This document shows positions 9,227 to 19,086 of a stretch of 64,000 bases of DNA, in pieces; positions within the stretch are counted from its first letter, which is position 1; every line of letters starts with the position of its first letter. A program made the position numbers and the translations under genes. Source of the DNA: Bifidobacterium breve (lineage in GTDB: Bacteria; Actinomycetota; Acidimicrobiia; Acidimicrobiales; Microtrichaceae). The notes under the pieces were generated by a model. That model did no database searches. It was not told the origin of the DNA and saw only the letters and a program-made list of their open reading frames with translations. Location of the stretch: positions 8,632 to 72,631 of the forward strand of contig CAMDLX010000001.1 of NCBI GenBank assembly GCA_945901935.1, written 5' to 3'.

Positions 9227-10813
9227 GTGACAAAGAGCCGGTGCCCTACGATCAGGGCCGTGCTCAGTGAGATCGCCCGTGAGGCCGGCCAACGATTTGG
9301 CGATCGAGCAGTGGTTGTCGCAGCCGACGGGGTCCTGACCTATGAGGAACTCGACCGTGCTGCTGATGCGCTTGCAGTACAACTTTCACAGCGTGGAGTT
9401 GCTCGCGGCGACCGTGTTGGATTGCTACTTCCCTCTGGCGGCGATTGGGTCGTGGCCGCAGTGGCAGTTTCTCGACTTGGTGCAGTTTTTGCGGGAATCA
9501 GTCCGACCTTGTCCGTGCCTGAGCGGGCAACTTTGATCTCGCTGCTAGCGGCGCGTCTGACGCTGACCGACCCGACGTTGCTCGACGGACTACCCCTTCG
9601 GGCAGAGATCGCAGTGATGAAACCTGGATCACGCGCAATTGACTCGGCCGCAGTTGAGCCAGCCGCAGTTGAGCCAGCCGCTAGCGCTCTTTCTAGCCCT
9701 GCGGCAGATCACGTAGCGGCAGATCATGTAGCAGCAGAGAATGATGCAGCTGTGATCTGCTTTACCTCGGGCACGACTGGTCAACCCAAGGCCGCCGTGT
9801 ATTGCATTTCGCAGCTTCGAGGCATTCAGAGTATTGATCTTGGGCCGGGAGCTGAGCAACGCTGGGGTGGCGGATCACCCATGTTGGCCTCAACTCAGTT
9901 TGCGCATGTCGGGATGTCCACAAAGTTGCCTTGGTACCTGCGCTTGGGCAACACCTTGCACGTGATGCCGAGGTGGAGGGCAGAGGATGCGCTTCAGCTT
10001 GTGGCCCAGCACCGCATCTCCACTCTGGGAGTGGTTGCACCTCAGCTTGCGCTCATGCTGCGCTCACCACTGATGGATTCGCTTGACCTCAGTTGCGTGA
10101 CATCGATTATTGCTGGTGGCGCCGCTTCTGCACCCTCACTAATTCGTGAGGCAAGAGAGCGCTTTGGTGCCGGCTACTCGATTCGTTACTCCTCTACAGA
10201 ATCGGGCGGGGTGGGCATAGCAACTGCCTTTGACTCCCCCGAAGAGGACGGGTTGCAAACAGTTGGCATTGCCAGGCCTGGGGTTGAGGTACGCATTGCT
10301 GACGAGCAGGATTCACCCCTGCAAACCGGTGAAGTTGGTGAGTTGCAGCTCCGATCGGCCGCAGTCATGCAGCAGTACTGGAACGACCCAAGCGCAACTC
10401 ATTCTGCGCTCACAGCAGATCGATGGTTGCGAACCGGCGACCTTGCCAGCATGGATTCCACTGGCCGGGTCATGCTGGCAGGCAGAAGAAGCGAGATGTA
10501 CATCCGCGGTGGGTACAACGTGTTTCCAGCCGAAGTTGAAGCTGCACTTCTGGAGCACCCGGGAGTGATTTCTGCAGTTGTGGTTCCGTACCCTGATGAG
10601 ATTCTGGGCGAGCTTGGACTCGCAATGATCTGCGCTCAAGACCCCGAGCGGCCGCCCACACTCGAGGAACTGCGAGAGCACGGCAGCCACCTGATCGCAA
10701 AGTACAAGCTTCCCGACATGGTGGTCATCGCCCCGAGTTTGCCGTTAACTACGGCTCAGAAACTTGACCGGGCAGCCGCACAAACAATGGCTATCAAGTT
10801 GCTTGAGGCCTGA
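9227..10813 (+). CDS. Class I adenylate-forming enzyme (acyl-CoA synthetase)
   Basis: FTSGTTGQPK, RYSSTE, WLRTGDL, RGGYNVFPAEVE; internal AAVEP and ADHVA duplications. Confidence 0.88.
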   Translation: MTKSRCPTIRAVLSEIAREAGQRFGDRAVVVAADGVLTYEELDRAADALAVQLSQRGVARGDRVGLLLPSGGDWVVAAVAVSRLGAVFAGISPTLSVPERATLISLLAARLTLTDPTLLDGLPLRAEIAVMKPGSRAIDSAAVEPAAVEPAASALSSPAADHVAADHVAAENDAAVICFTSGTTGQPKAAVYCISQLRGIQSIDLGPGAEQRWGGGSPMLASTQFAHVGMSTKLPWYLRLGNTLHVMPRWRAEDALQLVAQHRISTLGVVAPQLALMLRSPLMDSLDLSCVTSIIAGGAASAPSLIREARERFGAGYSIRYSSTESGGVGIATAFDSPEEDGLQTVGIARPGVEVRIADEQDSPLQTGEVGELQLRSAAVMQQYWNDPSATHSALTADRWLRTGDLASMDSTGRVMLAGRRSEMYIRGGYNVFPAEVEAALLEHPGVISAVVVPYPDEILGELGLAMICAQDPERPPTLEELREHGSHLIAKYKLPDMVVIAPSLPLTTAQKLDRAAAQTMAIKLLEA

Positions 10814-11628
10814 TGCCAGCCATTCTGCTTGGCCTTTTTGGAGTACTCGTAGCCTGGATGATGACGCTGCCGCTTCACCGATTCAAAGAACTTCGGCCGC
10901 TCACACCGCGAGACGTTGGCTCCGAGGATGCAACCGCTACAACAGCAGCAGTTCCCATCCGAGCGGTGTACCGACAAGCCATCTGCCCCAGTTGTCATCA
11001 TGTCTGCAGAGCATCAGACGCTGTTCCAGTGCTCAGTTGGATTCGTGGCTGCCCTAGCTGCGGCCGACGGTTTCCGTGGACTGTTCCGCTTGTGCAGGTC
11101 GGGGTTCCTGCTGCACTACTCCTAACTTGGGCCTTACTCGGGAACAGCATCGAGAACGGCTGGGTGACGCTTCCCTATTTGTGGCTTGTTCTGATCCTGG
11201 CGGCCATCTCTGTTGTAGATCTGAGGATCTGGCTCATTCCGTACTGGATGCCATGGCTCGGGGCATCGGTGGGATTGGTGCTGATCAGCCTGGTGTCAGT
11301 AGCTCTAGGAGATCCGGCTGCGATTCTGTATGCACTTGGCGGTGCAGCAGGTGCGTTCTTGTTGTTCTTTCTGCTCTGGCTGATCGCCCCCGGCAAGCTG
11401 GGCTTCGGAGATGTTCGCATGGCGCTGCTTCTGGGTATGTTCTTGGCCTGGCTGCACCCGCTCCTACCCATCTACGGGCTGCTCTTTGGCAGCCTCTTTG
11501 GATTACTCATGGGCGTGGTCGCTCTGCTGACCCGCAAGGACAGTCGGTTCCCGTTTGGCCCGGCACTAGCGCTCGGAGCGATGTGCGCTATCTGGTTTCA
11601 CGAAGCACTTCTGCAGACCCTGCTCTAG
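10813..11628 (+). CDS. Prepilin peptidase, A24 family
   Basis: Two CxxC motifs (CPSC...CPSC), catalytic Asp motifs VVDLR and GFGDVR, C-terminal PFGPAL; multi-TM. Confidence 0.88.
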   Translation: MPAILLGLFGVLVAWMMTLPLHRFKELRPLTPRDVGSEDATATTAAVPIRAVYRQAICPSCHHVCRASDAVPVLSWIRGCPSCGRRFPWTVPLVQVGVPAALLLTWALLGNSIENGWVTLPYLWLVLILAAISVVDLRIWLIPYWMPWLGASVGLVLISLVSVALGDPAAILYALGGAAGAFLLFFLLWLIAPGKLGFGDVRMALLLGMFLAWLHPLLPIYGLLFGSLFGLLMGVVALLTRKDSRFPFGPALALGAMCAIWFHEALLQTLL

Positions 11629-11652
11629 AGATCACACCGCTGTAGGTCGCTA

Positions 11653-12747
11653 CTAGCCCTTCGGCTTAGTAGTAGAAGTTGTGCTCGTAGATCCTGCACT
11701 TGAGTCGGGGCTTGAGCCGTAGAGGCCTGTCAACGTTGGTACCAGATTATCCATGACTACGTTCATGCACTTCACGCTCAGGTGTACACCGTCCCCCGCA
11801 TAACAGCGAGCAGTAGTTCCGTCTGGCAGGGTGATGTAATCAGCAAAGTTGCCATCAGGTCCGGCTACGAGTTTGGCCACATCAAAGTATGAAACCCAGG
11901 GCCGAGTCTTGGCCTCTTCTTGGGCGATGCGGTTGCCGGTCCGTACTGCCTGCTGAATGTCAGGGTTACCGACGTTTGGTTCGCCGACCCATATCAGGCG
12001 GCGGCCTTGGCCTTGATTGAGGTCCATGATCCCTGCGATCCGAGCGCGGTACTGCTCTTCCCATTCGGCAGATCCATATTGAGCAACCACGGTGCCATCG
12101 CCTTCAAGAATGGACTGCCCATCGTTGGCACCCACCATAAACAGCGTCACCTCTGGAGCGTCCGTTGCAACAATCTCTTGCATCCGAGCCCCCCAGTTGA
12201 AGTAGTCGGAGCGCGCCAGGCCAGTCGAGACTTTGCCGTAGTTCGTGATGCTGAGTTCGGGAATATCGGTCACTGAGGACTTCAACATGTCGCCCAAGGC
12301 CTTGGCTGTGGAGTCTCCAGCGACAACGACGTTGAGCGGGGCGGCTGCAGTCGGCACTCGAACAGGCGGCAGCGTAGTGGTTGTAACTGCCGTTTCCGGC
12401 GCCGGCTTTTTGGTATCTGGGAATTCAAAGTCGGCGTTTTTTTGTTCAACCCCAAGTTGCTGGGCCGCCCAGTCATAGGGGCGGTTCAGTGAAACTAGGT
12501 TGGTCAGCCTGTCAATGATCCCAGAGGTTGCAACAGCCACTGAGCGCTGCCAGCCCAGCGGCATTCCCTCGGCTGAGGCAACCATGTTTCCCGAAGCAAG
12601 AACTACAAAAACGATCAGGGTAATGACGAGGCCCTTCCAAACAGTCTCTGCTGATTGGGTGCGACGAACGCGGCGGGGTCGCCGCCTCGCTTGCTGGTTT
12701 GATCGCTGCTGGTTTGATTTCTCTTGGCCTGATCGCTGTTGAGTCAT
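11653..12747 (-). CDS. DUF459 / SGNH-fold protein (PatB/AlgJ-like O-acetyltransferase partner)
   Basis: GDS block I, STGL.R.DYFNW, GAND, DGVH; N-terminal TM; coupled to the MBOAT gene. Confidence 0.85.
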   Translation of the reverse strand: MTQQRSGQEKSNQQRSNQQARRRPRRVRRTQSAETVWKGLVITLIVFVVLASGNMVASAEGMPLGWQRSVAVATSGIIDRLTNLVSLNRPYDWAAQQLGVEQKNADFEFPDTKKPAPETAVTTTTLPPVRVPTAAAPLNVVVAGDSTAKALGDMLKSSVTDIPELSITNYGKVSTGLARSDYFNWGARMQEIVATDAPEVTLFMVGANDGQSILEGDGTVVAQYGSAEWEEQYRARIAGIMDLNQGQGRRLIWVGEPNVGNPDIQQAVRTGNRIAQEEAKTRPWVSYFDVAKLVAGPDGNFADYITLPDGTTARCYAGDGVHLSVKCMNVVMDNLVPTLTGLYGSSPDSSAGSTSTTSTTKPKG

Positions 12748-14243
12748 TAGAAATCGAAGTAAATGAACGGGGCAACACCCTGCGGGCCAAGCAGGTTGAT
12801 TACCAAAAGGAATATCCCGATGCCGACAGCCATCACGATGGGAGGAAGTTGCGAAGCCCGATACTCAAGGGCGTCGCCGATTCGACGGGGAATGAACTGT
12901 CCGATCATGCCAACGAATATTGCCAGCAAAACCGTCGGAGTAACCAGCGTTCCGACTCCCCAATTGCTTATCAGGCTCCAGAAGTACTCGAGTGCCCCGG
13001 TGACAGAGGTGGAGCGGAAGAAGATCCAGCCGATCACAACAAAGTGAAACACCAAGAGCCGGGCCAGCCAAGGGTTCATCGTTTCGGTGGACACAACAGT
13101 CGGAGTTGGTCGCTGCATCACTCGAGTCTCGTCGGGGTTCTCGTGAACTCCGCCCCCTGGGTCCTCGACTAGTTCAGCCCGCTGTTCAACTCGGACGGCG
13201 TGTTGTCGCTCCAGAACAAGGCCGATCCCGTGATAGGCGCCCCAGATGATGAAGGTCCAGCTCGCACCGTGCCAGAGGCCGCCAAAGAGCATGGTGAGGA
13301 ACAGATTTCGATACTCGGCACTGGGGCCTCCACGGTTGCCACCGAGTGGAATGTAGAGATAGTCACGGAGCCAACGTGAGAGCGTCATATGCCAGCGGCG
13401 CCAAAAGTCCTGGATGCTTCGAGCCGAGTACGGCTGATCGAAGTTGTCGGGAAACTTCACGCCCATGAGCAGGGCGATTCCGATTGCAATATCGGTATAG
13501 CCGGAAAAGTCTGCGTAGATCTGAACCGCGTAGGCCCAAGCGCCGACTAACAGTTCCCAGTTGCGGAACTGCCCCGGAGCGACAAAGACCGGATCAACAA
13601 TGGCGGTTGCCAAAAAGTTGGCGATCACCACCTTCTTGAAGAGTCCCCGGCAAATCAACCGGGCGGCACGGGTGACATCTACGGTCTGCCCACTCGGGCG
13701 GTGATTCATTTGTGGGACAAATTCCGATACTCGAACAATTGGTCCAGCTACGAGGTGCGGAAAGAATGAGAGGTAGACCGCAAAGTCCAGCAACCCGACG
13801 GTGTCTTGGTGGCGTCGAAACACGTCGACCACGTAGCTGATTGCGCAGAAAGTGAAGAAGGACACTCCGATGGGAAGTGCCACTTTGATGAGCATGGGGG
13901 TAGCTGCAAGCCCAAGGGGTTCGAGCACGGTAAGCGCTGATTCCACAAAGAAGCCGTAGTACTTGAAGAAGCCCAAAACAATCAGGTTTAACCCAACCGC
14001 ACAGAGCATCCAACGCTTGCGATTCGCATCATTGCGAGCCCGAAACACTGCTTGGGCAAGTACCCAGTTGCCAACGGTGGACCCTGCAAGCAAAAAGCAG
14101 AACCTCCAGTCAGCCCAGCCGTAGAACACGTAGCTGGCACCCAGAACAAACAGTTTCCAGTCTGTGGGGCGATCATTCAGCTTCCAGCTCACACCCAGCA
14201 CGACGACGAAGAACAACGCGAACGTCATCGTTGGAAAGAGCAC
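12747..14243 (-). CDS. MBOAT O-acyltransferase (AlgI/PatA/DltB family)
   Basis: LPIGVSFFTF, FFPHLVAGPIVR, DFSGYTDIAIG, DFWRRWHMTLSRWLRDYLYIPLGGNR, GLWHGA. Confidence 0.95.
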   Translation of the reverse strand: MLFPTMTFALFFVVVLGVSWKLNDRPTDWKLFVLGASYVFYGWADWRFCFLLAGSTVGNWVLAQAVFRARNDANRKRWMLCAVGLNLIVLGFFKYYGFFVESALTVLEPLGLAATPMLIKVALPIGVSFFTFCAISYVVDVFRRHQDTVGLLDFAVYLSFFPHLVAGPIVRVSEFVPQMNHRPSGQTVDVTRAARLICRGLFKKVVIANFLATAIVDPVFVAPGQFRNWELLVGAWAYAVQIYADFSGYTDIAIGIALLMGVKFPDNFDQPYSARSIQDFWRRWHMTLSRWLRDYLYIPLGGNRGGPSAEYRNLFLTMLFGGLWHGASWTFIIWGAYHGIGLVLERQHAVRVEQRAELVEDPGGGVHENPDETRVMQRPTPTVVSTETMNPWLARLLVFHFVVIGWIFFRSTSVTGALEYFWSLISNWGVGTLVTPTVLLAIFVGMIGQFIPRRIGDALEYRASQLPPIVMAVGIGIFLLVINLLGPQGVAPFIYFDF

Positions 14244-14785
14244 CTCGAGCGCCTCCTCGGCACAAGTTCACTAGGTTCCTAGCGCACTGGACTTGGCAGG
14301 ACTCCCCCAGAGGAACCTCGCTGCTGAACATTGAACCTTACCGAGGCAGGCAACTGGCTGATACCAACGGAGTTCTTGCCGCTGCGCTGCGCCGATTCCT
14401 GCGAGCCACCAAGGGATCGGGAGTAGCTTGGAGAATCTCAGCGATCTACCTTCATTGGAATGGCTCCAAGACACAGTGCCCTTGGTCCAGGACAACTCAC
14501 CGCCGCGTTATCCACGTAAGAGGAAAAGCAATCGTGACTATCGGGGCAGGTTTGGAATGCGCCGACGAGAACGCCCGACTGATCCACGGCGACACTCGGC
14601 CGGACATGTAATAGGACTCTGTTCGAACCCCTGAAGAAGCCTCGTAGATTTGCCACCTTGTCATCTAGGTCGATACCCGTTCGGGCAACAACGAGAGCAT
14701 AATGAAGGTTGGTACTGACTCGCTCCGAGTCATGCACGACATTGAGTCCGGCACGTTCATGATGACCACCCTGTGAGAGAAGCTG

Positions 14786-15472
14786 ATGAGTTATTTTGCG
14801 AATAAGACCGTTGTGGTACTCGGCGCTACAGGCATCCTCGGCCAACTTACGGCCCACGATCTTCGCCAGCGTGGTGCAGACGTGAGGCTCATTGTTCGAA
14901 GTCCCAATTCGCTGGATGCTGCTCTGCGTGACCTTCCCGTAGCGGTTGCTGACATCACGAAGCGGGGCGAAGTCGCAGCGGCCTTGACCGCTGTTTCACA
15001 GGGTCAATCCGTGGACGGAATCATCAATTGCACGGGCGTCGTAGCGTTCGGGAACTTCAGTGAACTTTCCGATGAGGTTGCGCAAGAAGTGCTGGCTGTT
15101 AACGCTCTCGGAGTGATCAACGTCATCTCGCTCGCTACCACGAGTCTCAACCCTGAGGGGTTCCTTGCATCATTTACTGGTGTCGCCGCCGATATGACGA
15201 TTGCCGGCATGGGGGCTTACTGCGCGTCGAAGGCCGCAGCCAAAACGGCAATGGGTGTGGCTGCGCGAGAACTACGGAGACAGAAGATCAGGGTGCTTGA
15301 CATTCGGGCGCCACACACCGAAACGGGACTCATAACCCGTGCCCTTGAGGGCACGGCCCCAAAGATGCCCGAGGGTCTGCAGCCACAAGCAGTGATTGAC
15401 CGAGTACTCGATGCAATAGCCGTGGGCGAAAAGGACCTGCCGGCAGAGGCGTTCGCTGCGCAGAGCAATTGA
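14786..15472 (+). CDS. SDR family oxidoreductase
   Basis: VLGATGILG, YCASK. Confidence 0.85.
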   Translation: MSYFANKTVVVLGATGILGQLTAHDLRQRGADVRLIVRSPNSLDAALRDLPVAVADITKRGEVAAALTAVSQGQSVDGIINCTGVVAFGNFSELSDEVAQEVLAVNALGVINVISLATTSLNPEGFLASFTGVAADMTIAGMGAYCASKAAAKTAMGVAARELRRQKIRVLDIRAPHTETGLITRALEGTAPKMPEGLQPQAVIDRVLDAIAVGEKDLPAEAFAAQSN

Positions 15473-15518
15473 TGCTGAAGGAATGAACTGTGTGGGGACT
15501 TGGTCGGGAGGGCGAGTC

Positions 15519-15830
15519 CTAGCAGTCGCTCATCATTCGAAGAGCATGGCAAATTTCGGTAGCCCGAATGCCGAGTTCACCGATCTTGGCGGTCAGTGCT
15601 GCACGTTGAATCCGTTGGAGGCTGTCGAAGTTGGCGACGCACTCCGTGGTCAGGCCTTCCTCGGTGCCGAGGTGGATCTCCGTTGGGATTGAACGGATGG
15701 TCCTCGTAACAGGTGCGACCACTACACCGCTCAGAACCGAGACCGCTTCTGAGCGGGTGACCACCAATACCGGGCGGCGAGCAGATTCGATTTCCGCCCA
15801 CCAAATGTCTCCTTGTTGGGGGATCGTCAC
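15519..15830 (-). CDS. PemK/MazF family toxin
   Basis: QGDIWWAE...RRPVLVVTR...VVAPVT...NFDSLQRI; GTGA overlap with the antitoxin stop. Confidence 0.9.
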   Translation of the reverse strand: MTIPQQGDIWWAEIESARRPVLVVTRSEAVSVLSGVVVAPVTRTIRSIPTEIHLGTEEGLTTECVANFDSLQRIQRAALTAKIGELGIRATEICHALRMMSDC

Positions 15831-16075
15831 CAAGGCTCCTCGTTGATCAAACTCCTCGTGGTGAGATCTAGCCCCGCGAGCTCAGCAGGCGTCTCCGGGC
15901 TTCGTCGATACGCCTCGGCGATCTGACGCCCAGTTCTCTGCCTGCGGTGTTCATCAATGATCCGCTCCAGTCCCATTCTGACGAGGTCAGATCGGCTAGA
16001 TGCTGCCCCTTGGGCAACGAGTTCATCAACTTCGCGCATCAGCGCTTCATCTACACGAGTGACAAGTTGGGCCAT
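15827..16075 (-). CDS. RHH-type antitoxin (MazE partner)
   Basis: MAQLVTRVDEALMREVDELV...SRSDLVRMGL; C-terminal EEPW; directly upstream of the toxin. Confidence 0.85.
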   Translation of the reverse strand: MAQLVTRVDEALMREVDELVAQGAASSRSDLVRMGLERIIDEHRRQRTGRQIAEAYRRSPETPAELAGLDLTTRSLINEEPW

Positions 16076-16100
16076 ACAGAAAGTATACCAATATGTATAG
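16076..16100 (-). promoter_or_regulatory. Extended -10 promoter (TGGTATACT) for a probably leaderless TA transcript
   Basis: Minus strand TGnTATACT at 16090-16082, 6 nt before ATG 16075. Confidence 0.55.
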
Positions 16101-16107
16101 CAAATTA

Positions 16108-16302
16108 CTATACACGTGGAAGCGGATCGCACTGAATCCCCCGCCGTACCTGGCGAGCTAGGTCAATACCTGCAAGCCGCCTCAGCAGATGGAGGGCAGT
16201 GTCACTACCTGCGGAGACCCCCGCAGAACTGATGATGTCTCCGTCATCAACAAAGCATTCGTCATGTTTGACATCAACAGTTGGGTCGAGTCGATCCGAC
16301 AA
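16108..16302 (-). pseudogene. C-terminal fragment of a DJ-1/PfpI family protein
   Basis: FVDDGDIISSAGVSAGSDTALHLL...LARQVRRGIQ matches the family C-terminus; the N-terminal part is absent. Confidence 0.75.
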
Positions 16303-16329
16303 CAGTTCTGCAAGTCATAGGTCTCTGTC

Positions 16330-16361
16330 CGAACCCCGGTCCATTGCTAGACCGGGGTTCG
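16330..16361. terminator. 12-bp stem-loop downstream of tRNA-Ala
   Basis: cgaaccccggtc / gaccggggttcg perfect inverted repeat. Confidence 0.7.
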
Positions 16362-16374
16362 AATGAGGACCTTT

Positions 16375-16451
16375 TGGTGGAGGTGATGAGAATCGAACTC
16401 ACGACCTCTTCGATGCGACCGAAGCGCTCTAGCCAACTGAGCTACACCCCC
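16375..16451 (-). tRNA. tRNA-Ala(CGC)
   Basis: GGGGGTGTAGCTCAGTTGG...CTTCG-GTCGCAT-CGAAG...GTTCGATT...CACCTCCACCA; G3:U70 alanine identity pair; CCA encoded. Confidence 0.95.
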
Positions 16452-16512
16452 AGGAAAGGAACCTTGACACTAGCCGGGGTAAGGCTTACTCAAGAAGCCG
16501 GCAAGGCTGGTG

Positions 16513-17097
16513 TTAGTTTGCGACTCGTCGAGGAGCTGGAGTTGCACGGCCGACGGTTGAAGTCTGCAGGCTGCTCGGAAGCGAGGACGCAGGCACTAGG
16601 CCACTTCGTTGGGCTCTCTGCTGCACCATTCCAGCGGACTGATTTGCCTGATTGAGAAGGAAGACATAGCCAACAAGCAAAGCTGCCGACAGCATGAACG
16701 GAACGAGGAAGACACTTCCGAAGGCAACGGTGCAGAGAAGAGTCAGCACTGCTATTGCACCAAGGACCACCAGAACATCCTGACGGCGGCGGCGCACCGA
16801 AGGAGAGATCTTCGCCTGAGAAGTCTGAGCCGCAGCAGCGTTTGATCGATCTCGAAGATCAATCACGTTGCTTGAGGAAGTGCGGGCGCTTGAGGAATTG
16901 AGGCTGACTGGGCGAGGCATTCCTGGCAAATCTGCGCCGCGACGGTTACCCGACCGGTGTAGGACCGAAAGCTGATGATTGAACGAGCGGATGGAGTCAG
17001 TGCGGCGCCCCACCGAGAGTTTGCGAAGGACCTCTGGAAGTAACACGATGGCCCAAACAACTGCGAGACCTAAGAAGATCAACGTAGAGACATTCAT
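16513..17097 (-). CDS. SepX/GlpR-like membrane divisome protein
   Basis: N-terminal TM ending WAIVLLP, DSIRSF, RRRR then two TMs; position between moaC/galU and tRNA-Ala matches known actinobacterial synteny. Confidence 0.6.
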   Translation of the reverse strand: MNVSTLIFLGLAVVWAIVLLPEVLRKLSVGRRTDSIRSFNHQLSVLHRSGNRRGADLPGMPRPVSLNSSSARTSSSNVIDLRDRSNAAAAQTSQAKISPSVRRRRQDVLVVLGAIAVLTLLCTVAFGSVFLVPFMLSAALLVGYVFLLNQANQSAGMVQQRAQRSGLVPASSLPSSLQTSTVGRATPAPRRVAN

Positions 17098-17292
17098 TGA
17101 ATGTTTCAGTCCTTTTCTTGAACCGAGGGCTCCGGCGGGAACAATCGATTCAGCGAGTTGTGCGAAATTTAGCTCTGAGCGAGCTAGGTGTATTCAACGC
17201 AAACAATACTTTACGGTTTCAGGGCCAATGTTACAAGTAGCTTACGGATTACATCAGTGTCATTCGAGCAATCGAGCAGGAAACCCTTGTTT

Positions 17293-17802
17293 CTAGGCGT
17301 CTTCGCCGGCCTCGCCCACGAGTTCAGATTGCCGTCGAAATGTGCCAGATCGGCCACCAGTCTTCTCCCAGAGGGCAATCTCGCCAATGACCATCGCTCG
17401 ATCTACTGACTTGCACATGTCATAAATGGTGAGGCAAGCGACCGTGACGGCAGTCAGGGCTTCCATCTCGACGCCAGTTCGGTCCACGGTTTCTACCTGG
17501 GCCTCCACCTCGATAAACGAGTCCTCGATGCGAAAATTCACCAGCATGGCACCCATGAGCACGGGGTGGCAGAGCGGAATCAGATCAGAAGCTCGTTTCG
17601 CAGCCTGAATTCCCGCAACGCGAGCCACGGACAACACATCGCCCTTGTTAATCGCTCCACGTGCGACCAACGAGGTGGTGTCGGTCGTCATGTACACCCG
17701 ACCCCGTGCGATGGCTCGACGGTGAGTGGGTTCCTTTGGAGTCACATCGACCATGCGTGCACGGCCGAGCGGATCAAGATGGGTCAAGCCCCGGTCTGAC
17801 AT
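17293..17802 (-). CDS. moaC: Cyclic pyranopterin monophosphate synthase
   Basis: LTHLD..G.ARMVDV, LIPLCHP, TGVEMEALT, YDMCKSVDR, KTGGRSG. Confidence 0.97.
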   Translation of the reverse strand: MSDRGLTHLDPLGRARMVDVTPKEPTHRRAIARGRVYMTTDTTSLVARGAINKGDVLSVARVAGIQAAKRASDLIPLCHPVLMGAMLVNFRIEDSFIEVEAQVETVDRTGVEMEALTAVTVACLTIYDMCKSVDRAMVIGEIALWEKTGGRSGTFRRQSELVGEAGEDA

Positions 17803-17908
17803 AGGCGCAGCTTAGTTGCAGCGCTTATCCCATGACATAGTCAGGTGAGCTGAGTCAGAGGAACACAGCACAGGTGAGCTCAGTACAAGTGAACTCGGTC
17901 AGGGAAAC

Positions 17909-18790
17909 TCAGCACAGGCCTTCACGCTGAGCGACCTCTGTCAGGAAGGCACGGAACTCTGGTCCTAGGTCTTCACGACGAAGCGCAAGTTCGACAGTGG
18001 CCCGTAGGTAATCGATCTTTTTGCCGATATCGAAACGGCCCTCGCTAAACACGTACCCAAACACGGGGCTCTTTCCGAGCAGCGCTGCGATGGCATCAGT
18101 CAACTGGATCTCGCCACCAACTCCTGGCTGCACATCTCCGAGTACATCAAAAATCTCTGGAGTGAACAGATAGCGGCCCATGACTGCAAGGTTTGAGGGG
18201 GCATCGGCAGGGTCGGGCTTCTCGACGATCTCGGTGATTTCACAAAGTGCACCATGGCAGTTTGAAACACCGGCACAGCCATAAGAAGAGATGGACGCCT
18301 TGTCGACCTCCATAAGGGCAACCACCGAAGCCTCGTGCTCATCAAAGCTCTTGATCATGTTGGTGAGCACTGTTGAGTGCTCATCCATAATGTCATCGCC
18401 GAGCATGACCACAAAAGGCTCATCACCGACATGCTTGCGGGCAACTGAAACCGCGTGGCCCAAGCCGAGAGGCTCGCCTTGGCGCACAAAGTGAATATCA
18501 GCGAGTTCTGCAAGCTCGACAACTTCGGCCAAGTCTCCCATTTTGCCCTTTGCCTTGAGCTGGTATTCCAACTCGAAGTTGCGGTCGAAGTGGTCTTCGA
18601 GACTGCGCTTGTTGCGGCCAGTGATGATCAAGATGTCGTCGATTCCGGCTTTCACGGCCTCTTCGACCACGTACTGGATCGCTGGGCGGTCAACCACCGG
18701 AAGCATCTCTTTGGGTTGCGCCTTAGTAGCTGGAAGAAAGCGAGTTCCAAGACCTGCTGCGGGTATGACTGCTTTCGTTACTCGGCCCAT
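17909..18790 (-). CDS. galU: UTP--glucose-1-phosphate uridylyltransferase
   Basis: KAVIPAAGLGTRFLPATKAQPKEMLP, GLGHAV, VEKP, GEIQLTDAI. Confidence 0.97.
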   Translation of the reverse strand: MGRVTKAVIPAAGLGTRFLPATKAQPKEMLPVVDRPAIQYVVEEAVKAGIDDILIITGRNKRSLEDHFDRNFELEYQLKAKGKMGDLAEVVELAELADIHFVRQGEPLGLGHAVSVARKHVGDEPFVVMLGDDIMDEHSTVLTNMIKSFDEHEASVVALMEVDKASISSYGCAGVSNCHGALCEITEIVEKPDPADAPSNLAVMGRYLFTPEIFDVLGDVQPGVGGEIQLTDAIAALLGKSPVFGYVFSEGRFDIGKKIDYLRATVELALRREDLGPEFRAFLTEVAQREGLC

Positions 18791-19086
18791 GAGTTACTCC
18801 GATGTTCGTGTTGGCAGAAGTCTGATTCTGCTCGTGAGGTGAAGGTTACAGAGGTGATGGTAACTAGCGTCTTTGTAAATTCAACCTTCTTTTGCCAAAT
18901 TGTTGACAATTGCCTAGTGGCCGGGAATCAACTCGCTTGACCTGCATTCTCAAGCGCAGAAGTCGGCTTCTTGGGAAGCTTGGACTGCAGGCGTTATCAT
19001 CAATGCTCCTGCAGGGAGATTGCCAGCGCCTGACCTACCGGTGCCCTCCCCTCAATCAGACCAATCCCCTAGGTGGAGAGCCTCAG

